From contig ADNK01002210.1 of NCBI GenBank assembly GCA_000320545.1, positions 1 to 52,864 on the forward strand: DNA of 52,864 bases, in the 5' to 3' direction. Source of the stretch: Bigelowiella natans CCMP2755. Lineage: Eukaryota; Protista; Cercozoa. The position numbers and the translations under genes were made by a program. Below, one piece after another: positions 13,200 through 27,828 of the stretch. Below the pieces are notes generated by a model that saw only the letters and a list, made by a program, of their open reading frames with translations, ran no database searches and had not been told where the DNA came from. Each line of letters starts with the position of its first letter. Position 1 is the first letter of the stretch.

Positions 13200-15696
13200 T
13201 TACTACTACTCACCTAAACGTCATGACGTTGATGCAACCTGCTACCATGCGGGAACTTACAGCTACAACCTGTGTCGTGTGTCACCAAAAAAATATATTG
13301 ATGACGATGATGATGGTGGTGGTAATAATGAGCTGCAGGAACTTACAGCTACAACCTGTGTCGTGTGTCACCGAAAACATATATTGATGACGATGATGAT
13401 GGTGGTGGTGATAATGAGCGTAGCAGTGTTTGGTGTAACAAGGTAGAGCAAAAGCAGGAACCCAGACACGAAGTGAAATAAATCCTCCATCATTACATAA
13501 GGAAACTACTACTACTTCTACTACTGCTAAATCCCATTATTGAATTGTAAGCACTCGTATCATTATCTCCAATTGACGACAAATACGCACATAATGACTC
13601 AAAGATGATGTAACCATAATTCTTTCCCATAATGGATGACGTGCAACCTTGTATTGCTGATGGTGCTGCTGCTGCTTTGCGGTAGTACTTCCATGATTTG
13701 GACCACTATCAACTGAAAGAAGAGAGGATCTCATCCAAAAATATACCAAATATAAAACTATGAAATGTATTTTTATGGATATGAATATACGAATATTGTA
13801 TGGCTGCGTGATAACCGCAGGTGGTTGCTTGATTGCGTGATTTTGTGATGTACTATGTGCTAAGAAACCTCTTGTGGTCGAAGTAGTATTCCGGCCTCCA
13901 CATGGTATTAAGATGTAATGTGTACCTTATAGCACAATAATAATTAATATTATTTGTGTGCTCATTGCATCCGCTACTTATTAATTACTGCAAGTTATCA
14001 TTGCTATTTTATTATTATTATTATTATTATTATTATCATGGTAAACGTTTATCTTATTTGTCTTTATATCACCGTCACCACTGATACTACTACTATTACC
14101 ACTACTAGTACTAGCACTAGTACCGTAATTCCCATCTATTGTAAAGCCATTGGACCAGTGATTAGCATCCAAAGATACCTCCACCTCCCATACGCCGGCC
14201 CTCCCGTTTTCCCAATGAAAGTCCCAAAATCCATGCTTTGGAATGGTATTGCTTCCTCCTCCCTTCTCTTGCTCACTTATATTTAGCCGATGATGCTGGT
14301 GATGATGCTCATTCTTAGTAGTAGGCGAAGCAGTAGTAGTGGTAGTGGTAGTAGTAGTAGAAGTAGCTTTTATATTTTTAAAGCAGTTCTCCTCCACATC
14401 TTCAAATCCACCATTGTTTACTGCTGCTGATGATGAAGATGATGATGCCCTCTGTGCTGCAGGCAAACGGAAATACTTCATGCTTTTGCACGATTCTCCT
14501 CTGCCCCCTCTACTCTCACCACCCATTATCATTCTTGAATCTGATTGACGGAGATAGAGCGACGTAATCGAGCTGGTACTATGTCGTCCGATCGAGTTGA
14601 CAAGAACAAACTTTGGTAAAAAACGAATTATTTTTGTTCGGAAAAAACGGCCCGGAGCCCCATCCACGAGAATGTTTATTGGCAGTGCGTTGTTGTATTC
14701 CTTGATGTTGTTGTCATTGTCGTTAGCAGCAGAGTTAAGCTGCTGCTTCTCAATTAAGGTCTGTGTTACAGCATCCATAGAAAGATCCACTACGATAGGC
14801 TCGCTCCAAAGGATTCTTGATCCCTCATGGAACACGCATACTTCAAGTTGCTGTTGTTGTTGTTGCTGCTGCTGCTGCTGCTGCCCCGTAATGCCTTCCT
14901 TGTTATTGCTTGAAGAAGATGCAGAAGCAAAGCTAATTGGTGCGAATTCCAACATAATCTGATCGTTGTCGCCTTCATGTCCAGGATATGCTACTGTCTC
15001 TCTCATATCACCATTACTTGCCCTTCTGTTCTTATTCTCCTCATCAGTCTCTTCTTCTCCTTCTTCTTCCTCTTCTTCTTCTTCATTTTCCTCCTTCAAT
15101 CCACGATAGTAATAATTCGTCTCAATACTATCTGAAGGATTCAAATGGTATGAGCAGCTCGCAGCTGGGGTCCGAATGCGTAGTGTTGTCCTCTGGAAGT
15201 GGTTCGTCACCCAGAATTTTGCATATAGAACGATGTGCACTTCTGCCTCCTTCCTAGTAGTATTGTTGTTGCTGTTGTTGTCGTTGGTATGCTGAATCGC
15301 CTCCGCCAAAACATAGTTGTCAAAGTCAATCTCATGCGTAGAAGTCACTCTTGTTGTTTTCTTGTTGCTAAAATTTTGTCCGGAGTTCCCGGAGTGTGGT
15401 GGGCGATCGTTATCGTTCTCACGATGATGTCGGTTTGAATTTGTTATCACTGCTGATTCTCCGCCGCGTCGAGAAGGAGATCGGACAACACGTGTGAAAG
15501 CAGAGCGACTACTACTACTACTTCTACTACTACGGGAGAAGCCATTGTCTCCTTCACCTGCTACCCTTAGATTAATCCTCCTAGCAAAGGCGTCATCATC
15601 GTCTTGAAGTAGTGCTTGTTGTTGCTGCTTCTCCTCCCCTTCACCATCCCCCTCTTTTTCTTGGTGGTGGTGCTGCTGTGATTGAGTTGCATGGTG

Positions 15697-15730
<34 letters not shown>

Positions 15731-17827
15731 GAGGGGTCTTGCCTTGCTCCAAGAAGTTTGATATCTAAAATCGATACTGGGTCAGACCATTCATAGTCGG
15801 GAAGCTTAATGCGGAGAAACGAGCGGTCTCTCGTCTTTGGATCCATATAATGGTCCCGCTTCTCACCTCTTCCCAGTGAGAACACACGGTGCTTTGACTT
15901 GTCAGGGGGATATTGCAGTATCATGTAATCCACCGTGGAAAACAAGAGATTCTCCACCTTTAGCGGTACGGCAAAGGTGAAAGTTCGTAAAAGATTCGCC
16001 CCTAACCCTACTGTTCTTTCTACAGCTTTGTCTATTACTACTCCTTCGAGGATGTGGGGTTGTTGTGCGGCTGCTGACATCCTTCTCCTCATCCTGGTGA
16101 TCTTGGTGTCTGTTATAGTTGTTGCATCGTATTCTTCTTCCGCTCCTTCAGCAATGCAGGTGTTCACGGTTGTGATAACCTGAAGTACCAAAGGACTTTC
16201 AGCTTCTACTCTCCCTGCTGCTGCTGCTGCCATTTCTTCTTTTTGCTGGTGCAGTTTTGACGAAGAAGCAGCAGCAGCATGTGAACCTCCTAGTTTGTTG
16301 CTAGCCCTCTCCTGCATGTCATTGTCATCGATTTGTTCATCGTACAAATTGGGGCGAGTAGTAGCAGGAGGGATCGTGTATGTAAAGCTCTCTGTCAGAT
16401 TTGCAGTAAAGGCATCGGGGAAAAAGCTACTTCCGTATTCATACAAATTAGCTTCAGACTGCTGTAGCGCAGGAGGTATTGAAAGGGCAGATTCTATAGC
16501 ACTCAGCTCACGATGTGCCTCTCGAAGCTCATGAGCCATCTGTCGCGGAATTGCACGCACCCAAACTTGTCCAGAATCAGAAATTTGGAACGGCATAAAC
16601 ACTCGCGAATTCGGGTGCACGATAAATCTCAATTCGCCGTTGTTAGTAGTGTCCCTACTGCTACTACTGCGCCCAAAACCAAATGCTCTTACGCTGGATC
16701 TTCGTCGTCGATGATGATAATGATGATTAGGATGATTAGGATGATTACGAGGGCTCTTTGTTTTCCAAGAAACAGGAGCATTTGGTGATACACTATCATC
16801 GTCGTTGTCATTATTACCATGTTTACTATGCTTGTGAAGTCCATCATTGTCCGCAATTTTAGCATGACTATTTCTCCCAAACAGTAGCTGGTTATTATCG
16901 TCCTGTCGTTCGTGGTGAGACGACATCAAGATGTGTGATAGGGTGCTTGCTCGCCTGATTTTCCCTCTTTTTTTAGTATGTGGCTTAAAGCGCGGCGGTG
17001 GGCTTTTGCTCATCATATTCTGTGTCGTAGTTGTCGCCTTTTCCGAGGTTGAATGCACCTCTTCTTCGAAACCATCATCGTCATCATTATCATTATTACC
17101 ATCATCGTATTTTTGTTCTCCTTCTACTCCGTCTTTTACACCTATTTGTTCTAATTCTGCATCATGAGGATCACCGTTGGCATGTTGGTAGTCGTACTCT
17201 TGCTGCCGCTGCTGCTGATGGTGTTGATGATTATTATACTCATTTTTGTGTTGTTCGTTCCAATATTCCTCCTCCTCCTGCTGCTGCTGCTGCCCTGTCA
17301 TTCCTCCCGCTGCTCCTTCAACTGCTTCTCGGTGTGACAATTTTGATTTGAGATGAAGCAGAGTAGTATTGTTGTTTACAGCAGTAGTATTGTTGATTGA
17401 AGTTCGGGATGTTTTCATCATAGAGCGACCAATGACCAATGACGATGAGCACAACACATCCAACACTAGAGATGTATTATTAACCAACTCCACACATGAC
17501 GAAACAGTCGCTACACACCGTCCATGGTCGCATTCAACGGCGCATAGCATCGAATATACATTTGCTACATGTCTTTTTGTCTGGACAACATGATAAACAC
17601 GTTTACCCTCCGTGTGTACGTCTATTTTGCCAACAACATGAAATCCCATCAGCTGCAGGTCGATTGTGGGAATCTCCCCTTCACCTGAAGAATCATAATA
17701 AATCTGAAACTGAGGAATTTCTAGCGCCTGCTCCGCGCCATTTTGAACTGTGAAGCATTCTCCCTTAGAATTCCAATAACGCAGCCTTGCACCGGTCATG
17801 TTCCGCAGCCAGTATCGACGACATGAC

Positions 17828-17858
<31 letters not shown>

Positions 17859-18434
17859 CTGTCACCTCTCTTCGTCGTTGATTTTTGGGGCCAAAAGATT
17901 CGAACGTTCCACCATTGTCACTCTCTCCTGCGCCAATAGTAGCACCATGTCCTCCCCCCCCCCCCCAAGATGCTCCGTTGTGTGTTTGGATGCGAATTTG
18001 GTCGACAACTATGAGCATATTTTGCAACATCGTGGAGCTGTAGTTTACTGTCAACCTCTCTAGAAACCGCACACTAACTTCGATCGCGCCGTTAGAGGTA
18101 GTTTTGTAGAAGTAGGGGTCAAGTGTACTGCTGCTAGAGAACGCCTCCCATAAAGCAAATCCAATACTCGGTGGGGGCTGTACATTTTCTGGGGAAGAAG
18201 TGAACCAACGACGCACAACTTCGACATTAGCAGTGCATGGCTCTACTAGCAGCTTCCAAATATTATGTTGCCAATCAAAATGTTCCATACTTATTTGCGA
18301 ATTCCATTTCGTCTTTATAACGTTCGAATAAGCCATATTCATCTCGTCTCCGCTATAATCATGCCCATGATCATGATCATGATCGAAGTAGTGAATCTCC
18401 TTGTTTCTATCATCGGCATTGTTAGGGACGATTG

Positions 18435-18467
<33 letters not shown>

Positions 18468-19016
18468 CATCCTCACCATTCTGCCCATTAGTAATCTGCG
18501 TAGTAATCTGGAAAGAATTAAAGATTAGGCGCAACCTTGGCAATGAGTCCCTGAGCAAACTATCGACTAAAGTAACCCTTAGCCGTGGAAGCTGTAAAAT
18601 GAAGGACAACGTGCTTCTACAACTGCGCCAGAATGAATCGAAGAATAATGGTTCAAGATGGTCTTTATCACTGATATACCAATATTTATAGATGTTTTTA
18701 TCGTCATTGGTCTCTCCATAGTCTTCTTCGTCGTAATTCTCGTCGCCATGTTCGTCGTTGTCATCATCGTTATTATCCTCCTCAACAACACACCCATCTC
18801 TTTTGTACTTTTCTGCACCATTTGTTGAAGTTGCTGGGTGTAATGTAAGATATAAGAAGAAAGAGAAGAAGACGAAGAAGAAGAAGAAGAAGAAGAAGAA
18901 GAAGAAGGAAGAAAAGACCGATTAATAAAATGTATTTTCTGATGCAGTGATTCAACCCAAATCCAAAAATACACCATCACGAATATTCGGCTTCCATAGC
19001 CATTAAGTGTGATTGT

Positions 19017-19049
<33 letters not shown>

Positions 19050-21539
19050 CACCATAACAAACATCATCGGCACTGTTATCATTGTATCGAGTAGGAGCAT
19101 TGCGCATAATCGATGATGATGTCAATAGGACGTGCGCTCGCTTACTTCGTGATGCTAGAAGTGATGCTTTTCCGCCGTCGCTATCGTTATCATCATCATC
19201 ATCATCATCATCATCATTATCACCATCACCATATTTACCGGTATGTCTTTGAATCATAAGCAGAAGTAAATATAGCAGGGAGAAATCTGGGACTGTCTTG
19301 GCCTCAGCAGCAGCATACTCTCCTCCTCCTCCTCCTCTGTTGTTGTCCTCCTGTTCCAGGCGCCATTCACAACGCTTGGAATAATAGCGAGCGGAAAATT
19401 TCGAAAGGCGGAGCGAATGCCGTACGGCGGGAGAATCATGTTGATACTCCCAAAATTGTAAAGGAAGAGGAATGATGGATTCATAGTAGTAGTATTTATT
19501 ATTATCTCGTTGCTGCTTTTTGTCGTCGTAAAAGTGATGACGACGATAATGATGATGATGATGATGATTACTAAATCTTCCTTGTTGTGGCATAGAGGAT
19601 GATGATGATGATGATAATGATGATGGTGATGTCAAGCTGAATCCTGATCGTGATACTACGTCGAATCTTGCGTAGTTCGCACTCACTTTAAGGTCATAAT
19701 TAAAGGAAGAAGAGGATGATGATGGTGGTGACGATGATGATAAATTAGAGCTTCTGGGATTGAGCGAGGGAGTGAACTCGAGCGTTTGCGAAGAAACCAC
19801 ACGGAGACCTGCGGTAGTCCTCGTCGTCGTTGTTTTTAATCCTTGACCTCTCCCTGTGCTGCCACCACCCCCGCTGCCTCTAGTTCCAAATCGTGGAAGT
19901 GGGATGCGAATGTCCGCCTCTATTAACTTAATCTTCCAATTTTCCTCTCGAACCACCCGTTGATATTGTTGTTGTTGTTGTTGTTGTTTCGGTATTAGTA
20001 CATTGGAGGATGGACATGGGTTATTGGGTGATAATAACTGTAATAATAGTGCTCCTAGTGATGATGAAAGCCTTCTGGGTGTTGTAGTCGTTTCCCCCAT
20101 TGCTTCCTCTTTCTCCTTTGCTTTCAATCCCCCCCTCTTCAACGTACTTTTTTTCTCCTCTCTAAAGCTCCACTTCTTCCTCTTTTTTTCATCATTACTA
20201 CTACCATCGTCACCATGATCTCTCTTTCCTTCACCTTCCTCCTCCTCCTCTTCCTCTTCCCGATAGTATCTGTCTTGTCCTTCTGTATTATCTGTGCCTC
20301 CTGCCTTCGATGATAACAGTAACATCAATAGATTCTGTACCCAATCCTGAAAGAGGAGCTTCCTTCTTCTCCTAATTTTTCTGACTGTCGGTCTCCCTTC
20401 CCTCCTTCTAGATCTCGATGAGGAAGAGGGCGCTGCTACCACTGCTGCTGGTGCTGTTGTTGTTGCAATGTTGTTCCATTCTAACGGTAGAGCACACAAC
20501 TGCTCCAAGACATTCACATCAACCACCAAGTGTCGAATGGTAACCTCGCCGTGAATATCATGGAAAAGTATGTTATTACTTTCCTGCTGCTCTTCAACTG
20601 CTGGATCGTGATGTAGTGAGGAAATCAAGGTGGAGTTTAGGCCAGTAGTAGTTGTAGTAGTAGTAGTAGTAGCAGCAGCAGCGCTAGTAGGAGTAGTAGG
20701 AGTAGTAGTAGTAGTAGTAGTAGTAGTTCCAGGAGTTAATAGTAAAGCAAACTCGATATTTGGTGCTGCAGATTGCCTATTGTGATGACAATAATGAAGA
20801 AGAAGAAGAAGAAGATGATGATGATGATGGTAATGGAATTTCGAAAAACATAGAAGAAAAATGCTTTAAGGAGGCAGGAATATATATATTTTTATTTAAA
20901 GAAAGAGAGATGTCAAAGTCAAGCTTCATGATTAAGGTAAAGGGCAAAGGAGGAGATTCCTATAATATGTTACTGTCTATATTTTCTGTGTGGTATTCTT
21001 TATATAATACGTGTTGACGAATGTTATTTTGTTTGTTATCCTCGTCTTTGCTGATTCTCCTTCATTTTGGTAGAATACCGTTGTCGCCTGCTACTGCTTT
21101 GCTGCGACGATTTTCTAGCTGTTTTTGCTTTTGTTTCTGTAAAAGAGGAGGAAGTTGTGTATCAGAGAGAGGGAGGGTAGATAAGATATTGATGCGATGA
21201 AAGATACACATAAGCCACGCATATAAACTACAATCATTACTACCATTGCATATACGCTTTACTGGTGTATTATTGTCTATACCTGCTGCTGGTGGATGCT
21301 GTATCAGCCGAATGGAGCGCAGCTTGTTCGTGGCTGGGCATCGATAACCAAGTTGTAGCGATGTGGTAAATCCTAACAGGAAGGAGAGAAGGAAGAAAGG
21401 AATGAAGGAATGATCCCATAATAGCCGAACAACCGAACAGCAGAGCAACAAACGAAAGCCGTGTGTGGAAATTAGAAGTAAAGCCTGTTGTAAGTGCTAT
21501 GCCTTGTAGTGGTAGTAGAAGTAGTAGTTGTAGTAGTAA

Positions 21540-21572
<33 letters not shown>

Positions 21573-24500
21573 CAATGTCGATTCATTTATATCTTTGCAA
21601 AGCTTCTAGCCCCACGAAAAGCAACATACATGCAAACTATGGACCTTTCAACTCAAATCCAGACAGATGTTTTCCCAACGGTTCGAAATCTGTTTTTCGT
21701 ACGATTTGTTCTTATTTTTTCGGTTGCAGCTATAGTAGCAGTAATAGTAGAAGAAGTATTACCCGCCCTATGATGTTCAGAGCCAAAGGTTACGCGAAAA
21801 TTGTCACTTATTGTTTTCAGTAGTGGTTCTTTGGATATTCTTGCACTTTTTGGATAGCCTGCTGTAATGTATTTCACACTGTAAAAGATTTGTATCTTTT
21901 TTCAATCAATTAAAACCCTTCTTCTACTCTCTTCACGTCGCTGCAATGTGGCACTGTACTATCGGTTGATTGTCCACCGTGAAAAATAGAATAGTTTTTT
22001 AACCCTGGCTTACTACTTCTCAATTATTTGGAATAATGAGAGACAATAACACCATGATAGACTTAGTATCTATACCTCTTCGAGAAGAATGGAACAACCG
22101 AATTTCTAGTGACTGTGGTAAGTAGAAGGGAGTATTAGAGCTGCTATCCCCATAATATTTTAACGGTAATGATGATGACGACGATGATGATGATGATGAT
22201 GACTAAATATATTACATCTGGTTCTCTTCTATGTCTTGTATTACAAATTTATACAATATATGTTTTGGAACATCCATGCCTGTACACATTGCAAAATACC
22301 TTCGCCTCCAACTCAAATTTCCATCCCTTCATGTTGCTGTGTACTACTTTTGTCTTTTGAAATTCTCCAGCCCTCCAGCCATCCTTTTGCTCCCCCCCCC
22401 CTTTATTCCTTTTAACTATATTTCTCTTCTTTTCCATCATCGTCATCATCATCATCATCCAACGGCGGCGCTGCAATGCGTATTCCTCGAGAATGTCCGT
22501 GGTGATAGATATCACCAGCCCCGACAATGCACTCACCCGAATCGTATCCATATTCTAACAATAGCAGTGTTAGTAGTAATTATTATTTATTACAACAAAA
22601 ACATAAGGACAGCAGAGGTAGAAGCAGTAGGATGAAGAGGAATAGTAGGAAGAGGAGGAATGTACTAGTTAAATATTTTCTCTGGAACTTCTCACCTTCT
22701 CATGCGGAGAATATCTACAAATTTCATCATCATCATCATCATCATATCATCATCATCATGATCATCCAGCAGCAGCACCTTTCCATCAGCAAGGATAATG
22801 GACATCCTAGTCGCAGGAAGAATGTTAAAGATTGGTTCAGGGTGCTTCTTGAATCCCCCCTCGGCATCTTCGTCGTTCCAAGTGGTAGTAGTAGGTTCCT
22901 TGGTACTTCTTTTGTCGTCATCGTCCTTGGACACAGAGAGTGATAATAAACAAGAGACTTGCATTTCCCTTGATGTTGGCGCTTTGAACAGATGAAAGAT
23001 ATCTGGTACCTCGGCGTCATGGATCCGTAGCATTAGCACCTATTTTAGCAGTGTAGTAGTAGTAGTAGTAGTAGTAGTCGTTGTAGTGGTACGAGATGAC
23101 AATGATAATGATGAGGAATACGAAGAAGAAAGCAGACCGTAGCACACATAAACAGAGAGTATTAAATCATGATTGTACAATGCCATGACTTACCGACGGA
23201 CTCTGGGCAGCGCTGAAACTTCCAGTATCATCATTATCCTTCTCATCATCCTCATCTTTTATATTATTTAGAGCACGTCGTCGCCGTCGTCGTCTTCGTC
23301 GTTTTTCTCTTGTGCTGTTGTGCTGCCCATGGACGATATGCTCAGGATGATCAGTTTGGTGCCTCGCATCATCGGCTTCATCATCATCAGCAGCAGCAGC
23401 AGCAGCGGTACCATCTTCGTCATCATCATCGCTTTGGTCGTCGACATCATCGTCGTCTCCAATATAGTTGTTATCTTGATCAACACAATAATTCTTCTTG
23501 TCGTCATAGGAAAATGAGGGTGGACTTATATTGATATCGCAGTCTTCTAGGCGACAATGTACCGTAGGAGCTAAATTCCTGTCAAATTAGCGAGATGTGA
23601 TGTCAGGTAAAAGGTAATGATTCACTATGGGTGGTGGTGATGATGATGACGACGACGTATAAGATGATGGAGAACATAGCGGTATTGAAAAAGAATAAGT
23701 AATTAGGCTACTATTTTAACAGCAATAGTAGTAATAGTAGTAGACGCAGTAGCAGTGATAGTAGTAGCTTATCATCGGTCTTATTCAATCAAATCGCTAT
23801 TACTGCGACTGCTTATTTTTCTAAGCAACATAGATGAAAAATCATAACTTGAAATAGTAAAAGAACCTGAGTGCTCTAACGAAGCTTTTCGCGTTCATTT
23901 CTTGTCGCATTTGGTCCTTGCTACTACTCCTCCTACTACCGCTACTATAATCCCTACTGCGGCCTAAAAACGATGGGAATATAGCTGCTAATGGAGTCAA
24001 AAACGGAAGGGCCTTTGCATCCTGAATCTGGAGATTTCGCACAACTGCGCGACTGCTGGTTGTGCCATAGAATTCAATGAATAAAGAGGGTAGCCGCTGT
24101 GCTCGATAGCTGCCTCTGTCTCGGTTATTTTTTTTGCTCGCAATATTCCGTGATGCAGCGTAGATAGACGGTTGTGAGAGCGGCGGTACTGTATGTAGTA
24201 ACACATTTGAGTTTATGTAAGAAAGAGAAGATTGAGGACGATAGAACCAATTTATGAAATGACGCATTATTTTTACCAGGATTTGAGATTCCGAAAGAAT
24301 TCGAAGTATTATCAGAAGGATAAGGAGGGTTTTCGCCTCCTGTAATTTTCAAGCTGTCAACTGTCGCAGTGATCTTTCCCTCGGGGTGAAGTAGCTCCAT
24401 GGTACACCAGAAGAAATCAGCGCTCACTGGAATAATTGCATTTCGCAGCGACGACCGATTTTTATTTTCCATTTCCTTCTTGTCAACATAGTAGTCCTCC

Positions 24501-27500
24501 TTGTTATTGTTCTCTTCTTCTTCGTTTGTGATTGCAATGTTGTTGTCATTACTGCTGCGTCTAGAGACGCCCTCTCTATTGAAACCGGCATTGCTATTAT
24601 CAAGGTCCGCATTGAGCATACGAACATGCTTGCAAGACATTATCCATTTGCGTTGTTCCTTTTTCGGAATAGTAGCAGTTTCCATCATCATCTTCTTCTT
24701 CCTACTTATCACTTGCCGTCTCATTCTTCGGTCCCATAAGGTGCTATTACTATTATTTTTTTCAATCGTGGGGGTGTAAGAGGATGAAATTTGCGTGGAG
24801 TAGTCACGGTGGTGGTGGTGGTCTCCGTAACCTCGATCCTCTGCATTATTTGTAGTATCATTGGGACGACTAATATCATGATCGGAATGTGGCCATCCTG
24901 GCAGTGCAATCTTGAGAGCATTGAGAGCTACTCGTAATCTTTCAATTGATACAATACCTGCAACTCCGGGATAAAACTCGGCATAGTTTGCCATGAAAGC
25001 GATATCGTCTGCCTCATTGATATCGATATCAATCAACTCATGGATTTGTGCTACGGGGAATCTGAACGGGGTAATTATGCTGATAGTGACGAAGATGATG
25101 ATGAAGATAAAGATGATGATGATGATGATGATGATGATGATAATCTAGATACATGTGATTTGTAGGATGGTGATGACTGTGATTATGATTATGATCATGA
25201 TCATGATGATAATAATGATAACAGCTATATCATTATAGTCCCATATGCAGCAGGATCTACCTCCTGTATTTTGGTGGTACTTCTTCCATTTTCTTCGCTG
25301 CTTTCTTCTTATCCTCCTCCTTCTTCTCTTGCTCCTTCTTTAGCATGAACAAAGCAACCAATTTCGTGCTAATATTGATTGCAGAAATTTTATGCATGTT
25401 GGAACTTGGGTAAACCATGTTTAGTCTTACTCCAAGGGGAAAATCAAGGACCAGAGGGTCTTTCAATCCTACATAAACAGTAATGATATGGATATGTGTC
25501 GTGATGATAATCCTGATGAGGACGATGATAATTGTAAGGGTGTGATGGCGATGAAGGTTTTTCTGTCGTCATTAAACACACAACATTCAAACTAGAATGT
25601 ACTTCGTCTATTCGTAGTACGTACCTTTGGGGATCATCATCATCTCCTCTGTGTTATCAAGCGTGGTGTGGTTGATTCTAGTGATATTTTTGCCGTTTTC
25701 CTTTCTTTCCTGCGATGTCTCCTTGTCCACTGCACTATCATCACCATCACCATATTCTTCTTCATTGCCATCATACTCTGGTCCTTCTTTTTCTTCGACT
25801 GAAGCCACACCGTCGTCGTCGTCATCACTCAAACGTGGTCCTAGGTGGTTATTATCCCCACGCCCTGCTATCATCACCTTTAATTGCCTGCAATTCAAGT
25901 ACGTGCTTACGCAACAAAGGGCTGATGATGCTGCCATATTCCGAGATTTGTTCGCAGCGGTAGTAACAGCAGTAGAAGTTGGTGGGCGTCGTTTTGTTTG
26001 TTCCCCCCCTTGATGCTGCTGGTGCCAAGGTTGCTGCTGCGGTCGTAGGTGATTATTCCTTCGAATTATACTATTAGCAGACGCTAAATCGTTATAATAA
26101 TCCATGGTCAAGGCACTAGCATGAACCCAGCTTGAGAGTCTTTGGAGACTCGCAGTATCTTGAGCACAAAATCGCGTGGTTTCAGTCTCAATAAGAAGAC
26201 CAATGTGCACGGGAAATCGATTCAACCAGGATGTTGCCAATGATAGCTCAGCATTTGAGGAGGAAGAGGAAGAGGAAGAGGTATAGGAAGTAGGTGAAGG
26301 AACAGCAGCAGGGGACCCCTTGCTGTCACTAGTAGTTGTTCGGCGACCTCTGCTTTCTCCTTCCTGCCGTAGATTGTTTCTTCTACTTCTTTGATGAGGA
26401 GGAGGAGGAGGAGGAGGGACATCTAGCAAGGGTTTTATGAAGATTGTAATGTGAATGATGATAATCATGATAATTATAACGATGATGATGATGATGATAA
26501 TGATGATAATGAATATGATGTTATTACTACTTCCCCCACCTTGTCCCTCCTCCTCCTTGATTCTGCATGTGAGTAGACCCGAAAGCTCGTTGTGTACAAT
26601 TAAGGGAATCCGTGCTATGTGTGTAATACAAGTGTGTGTGTGGGATGTGTGTGTGTATAAATAGATCTAAATAATATAATTATAATTTCATAATCATGAT
26701 CATCATATTATCATCGTTACCTTGATCATCATCATCATCATCATCATCATAATCATTACAACCACAGTTAATATCATCGTTGAAACTTAAGGTAGCATAT
26801 TTGTAGTTGCTTACAACCACAATTAATATCAAACGTCGTCGTCATTACAATCCTCTTCTTCATGGTATGATCATTAGGTGGTATGCGTGCTTAATTACAT
26901 CTTTCATTGCTGTCATCTCTGCCCCTTCTCCTCCTATATGAGAAGAATCTTCTTTTTTTTCTTGTTCTTCTCCTTATTCTAGGAAAACAATTTGTCTTGA
27001 CTTCGCGTAAGATATCAGTTTGTTCGTGAAAGTGAGCAGTGGAAGTGGAGGTAGGTGGCAGCACGTCTACTTCGATAACATTTCCTCGGATTCCAATCCT
27101 AACGTTGGTTGATTATTATCATTGTCATGATCCATTTTATTCCGTTCTCATTGCCATGATTATCATCATTATCATCATTTGTGTAAGGTAATGCAACAGA
27201 AAAACAACACAGAGATAAAGAAGACAAAATAGGTTTCAAGTCATTTTCAGGAAAGAATCAATCAAAGCCTTCATATTTGTCCTCCTCCTCCTCCTCCTCC
27301 CCCCCCCCCTACCCTTAGGTACATACATGGGCGAGTCTAAGAAGTAGGAGTGGGGTATTCTTTCTGTGTCGTCATCAATGGACGACGAAGAGGGGAAGGA
27401 GAAAGGGGGAAGGGGGGAGGATAAGTTGTAGTCGTCTTCCTCTTCTTCCCTTGCTGCTGCTGCTGGCCTCTGATAAATAGATATTATATACACAACGAGG

Positions 27501-27790
27501 AGAAAGAAAGAAGGCATTGGAATCAGTAAATAGTGTTCATCTTATCATCATGAAGAATCAATCAACAAATAATCGATATCGATTTCCATTCGTTTCTTCG
27601 CAATTTATCAAACAAACAAAGATCATGCACACCCCTGCCCGAACTAAATAATACCACAAAACATAAGAAACTGCAATGAATCATCATCATAATTTGTTCA
27701 ATGAATGGTAACGATTCATCTCTGCTGCAGGCAGGGACTACCTTTTTGAACTTGCCTTCTAGATTCTTCGGTCTGATAGTAAAATGGTGG

Positions 27791-27828
<38 letters not shown>

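Noticed and set aside
18834-19010. Possible stop-codon readthrough or alternative genetic code between long ORFs
   Set aside because: The breaks are explained by ordinary GT-AG introns, and TGA and TAA act as real stops in UAP1 and the neighbouring genes.
4852-20628. Treating the 1425, 1542 and 541 aa ORFs as separate genes or transposon ORFs
   Set aside because: They are colinear VPS13 domains with splice-compatible ends. No RT, integrase or transposase motifs, LTRs or TIRs were seen.
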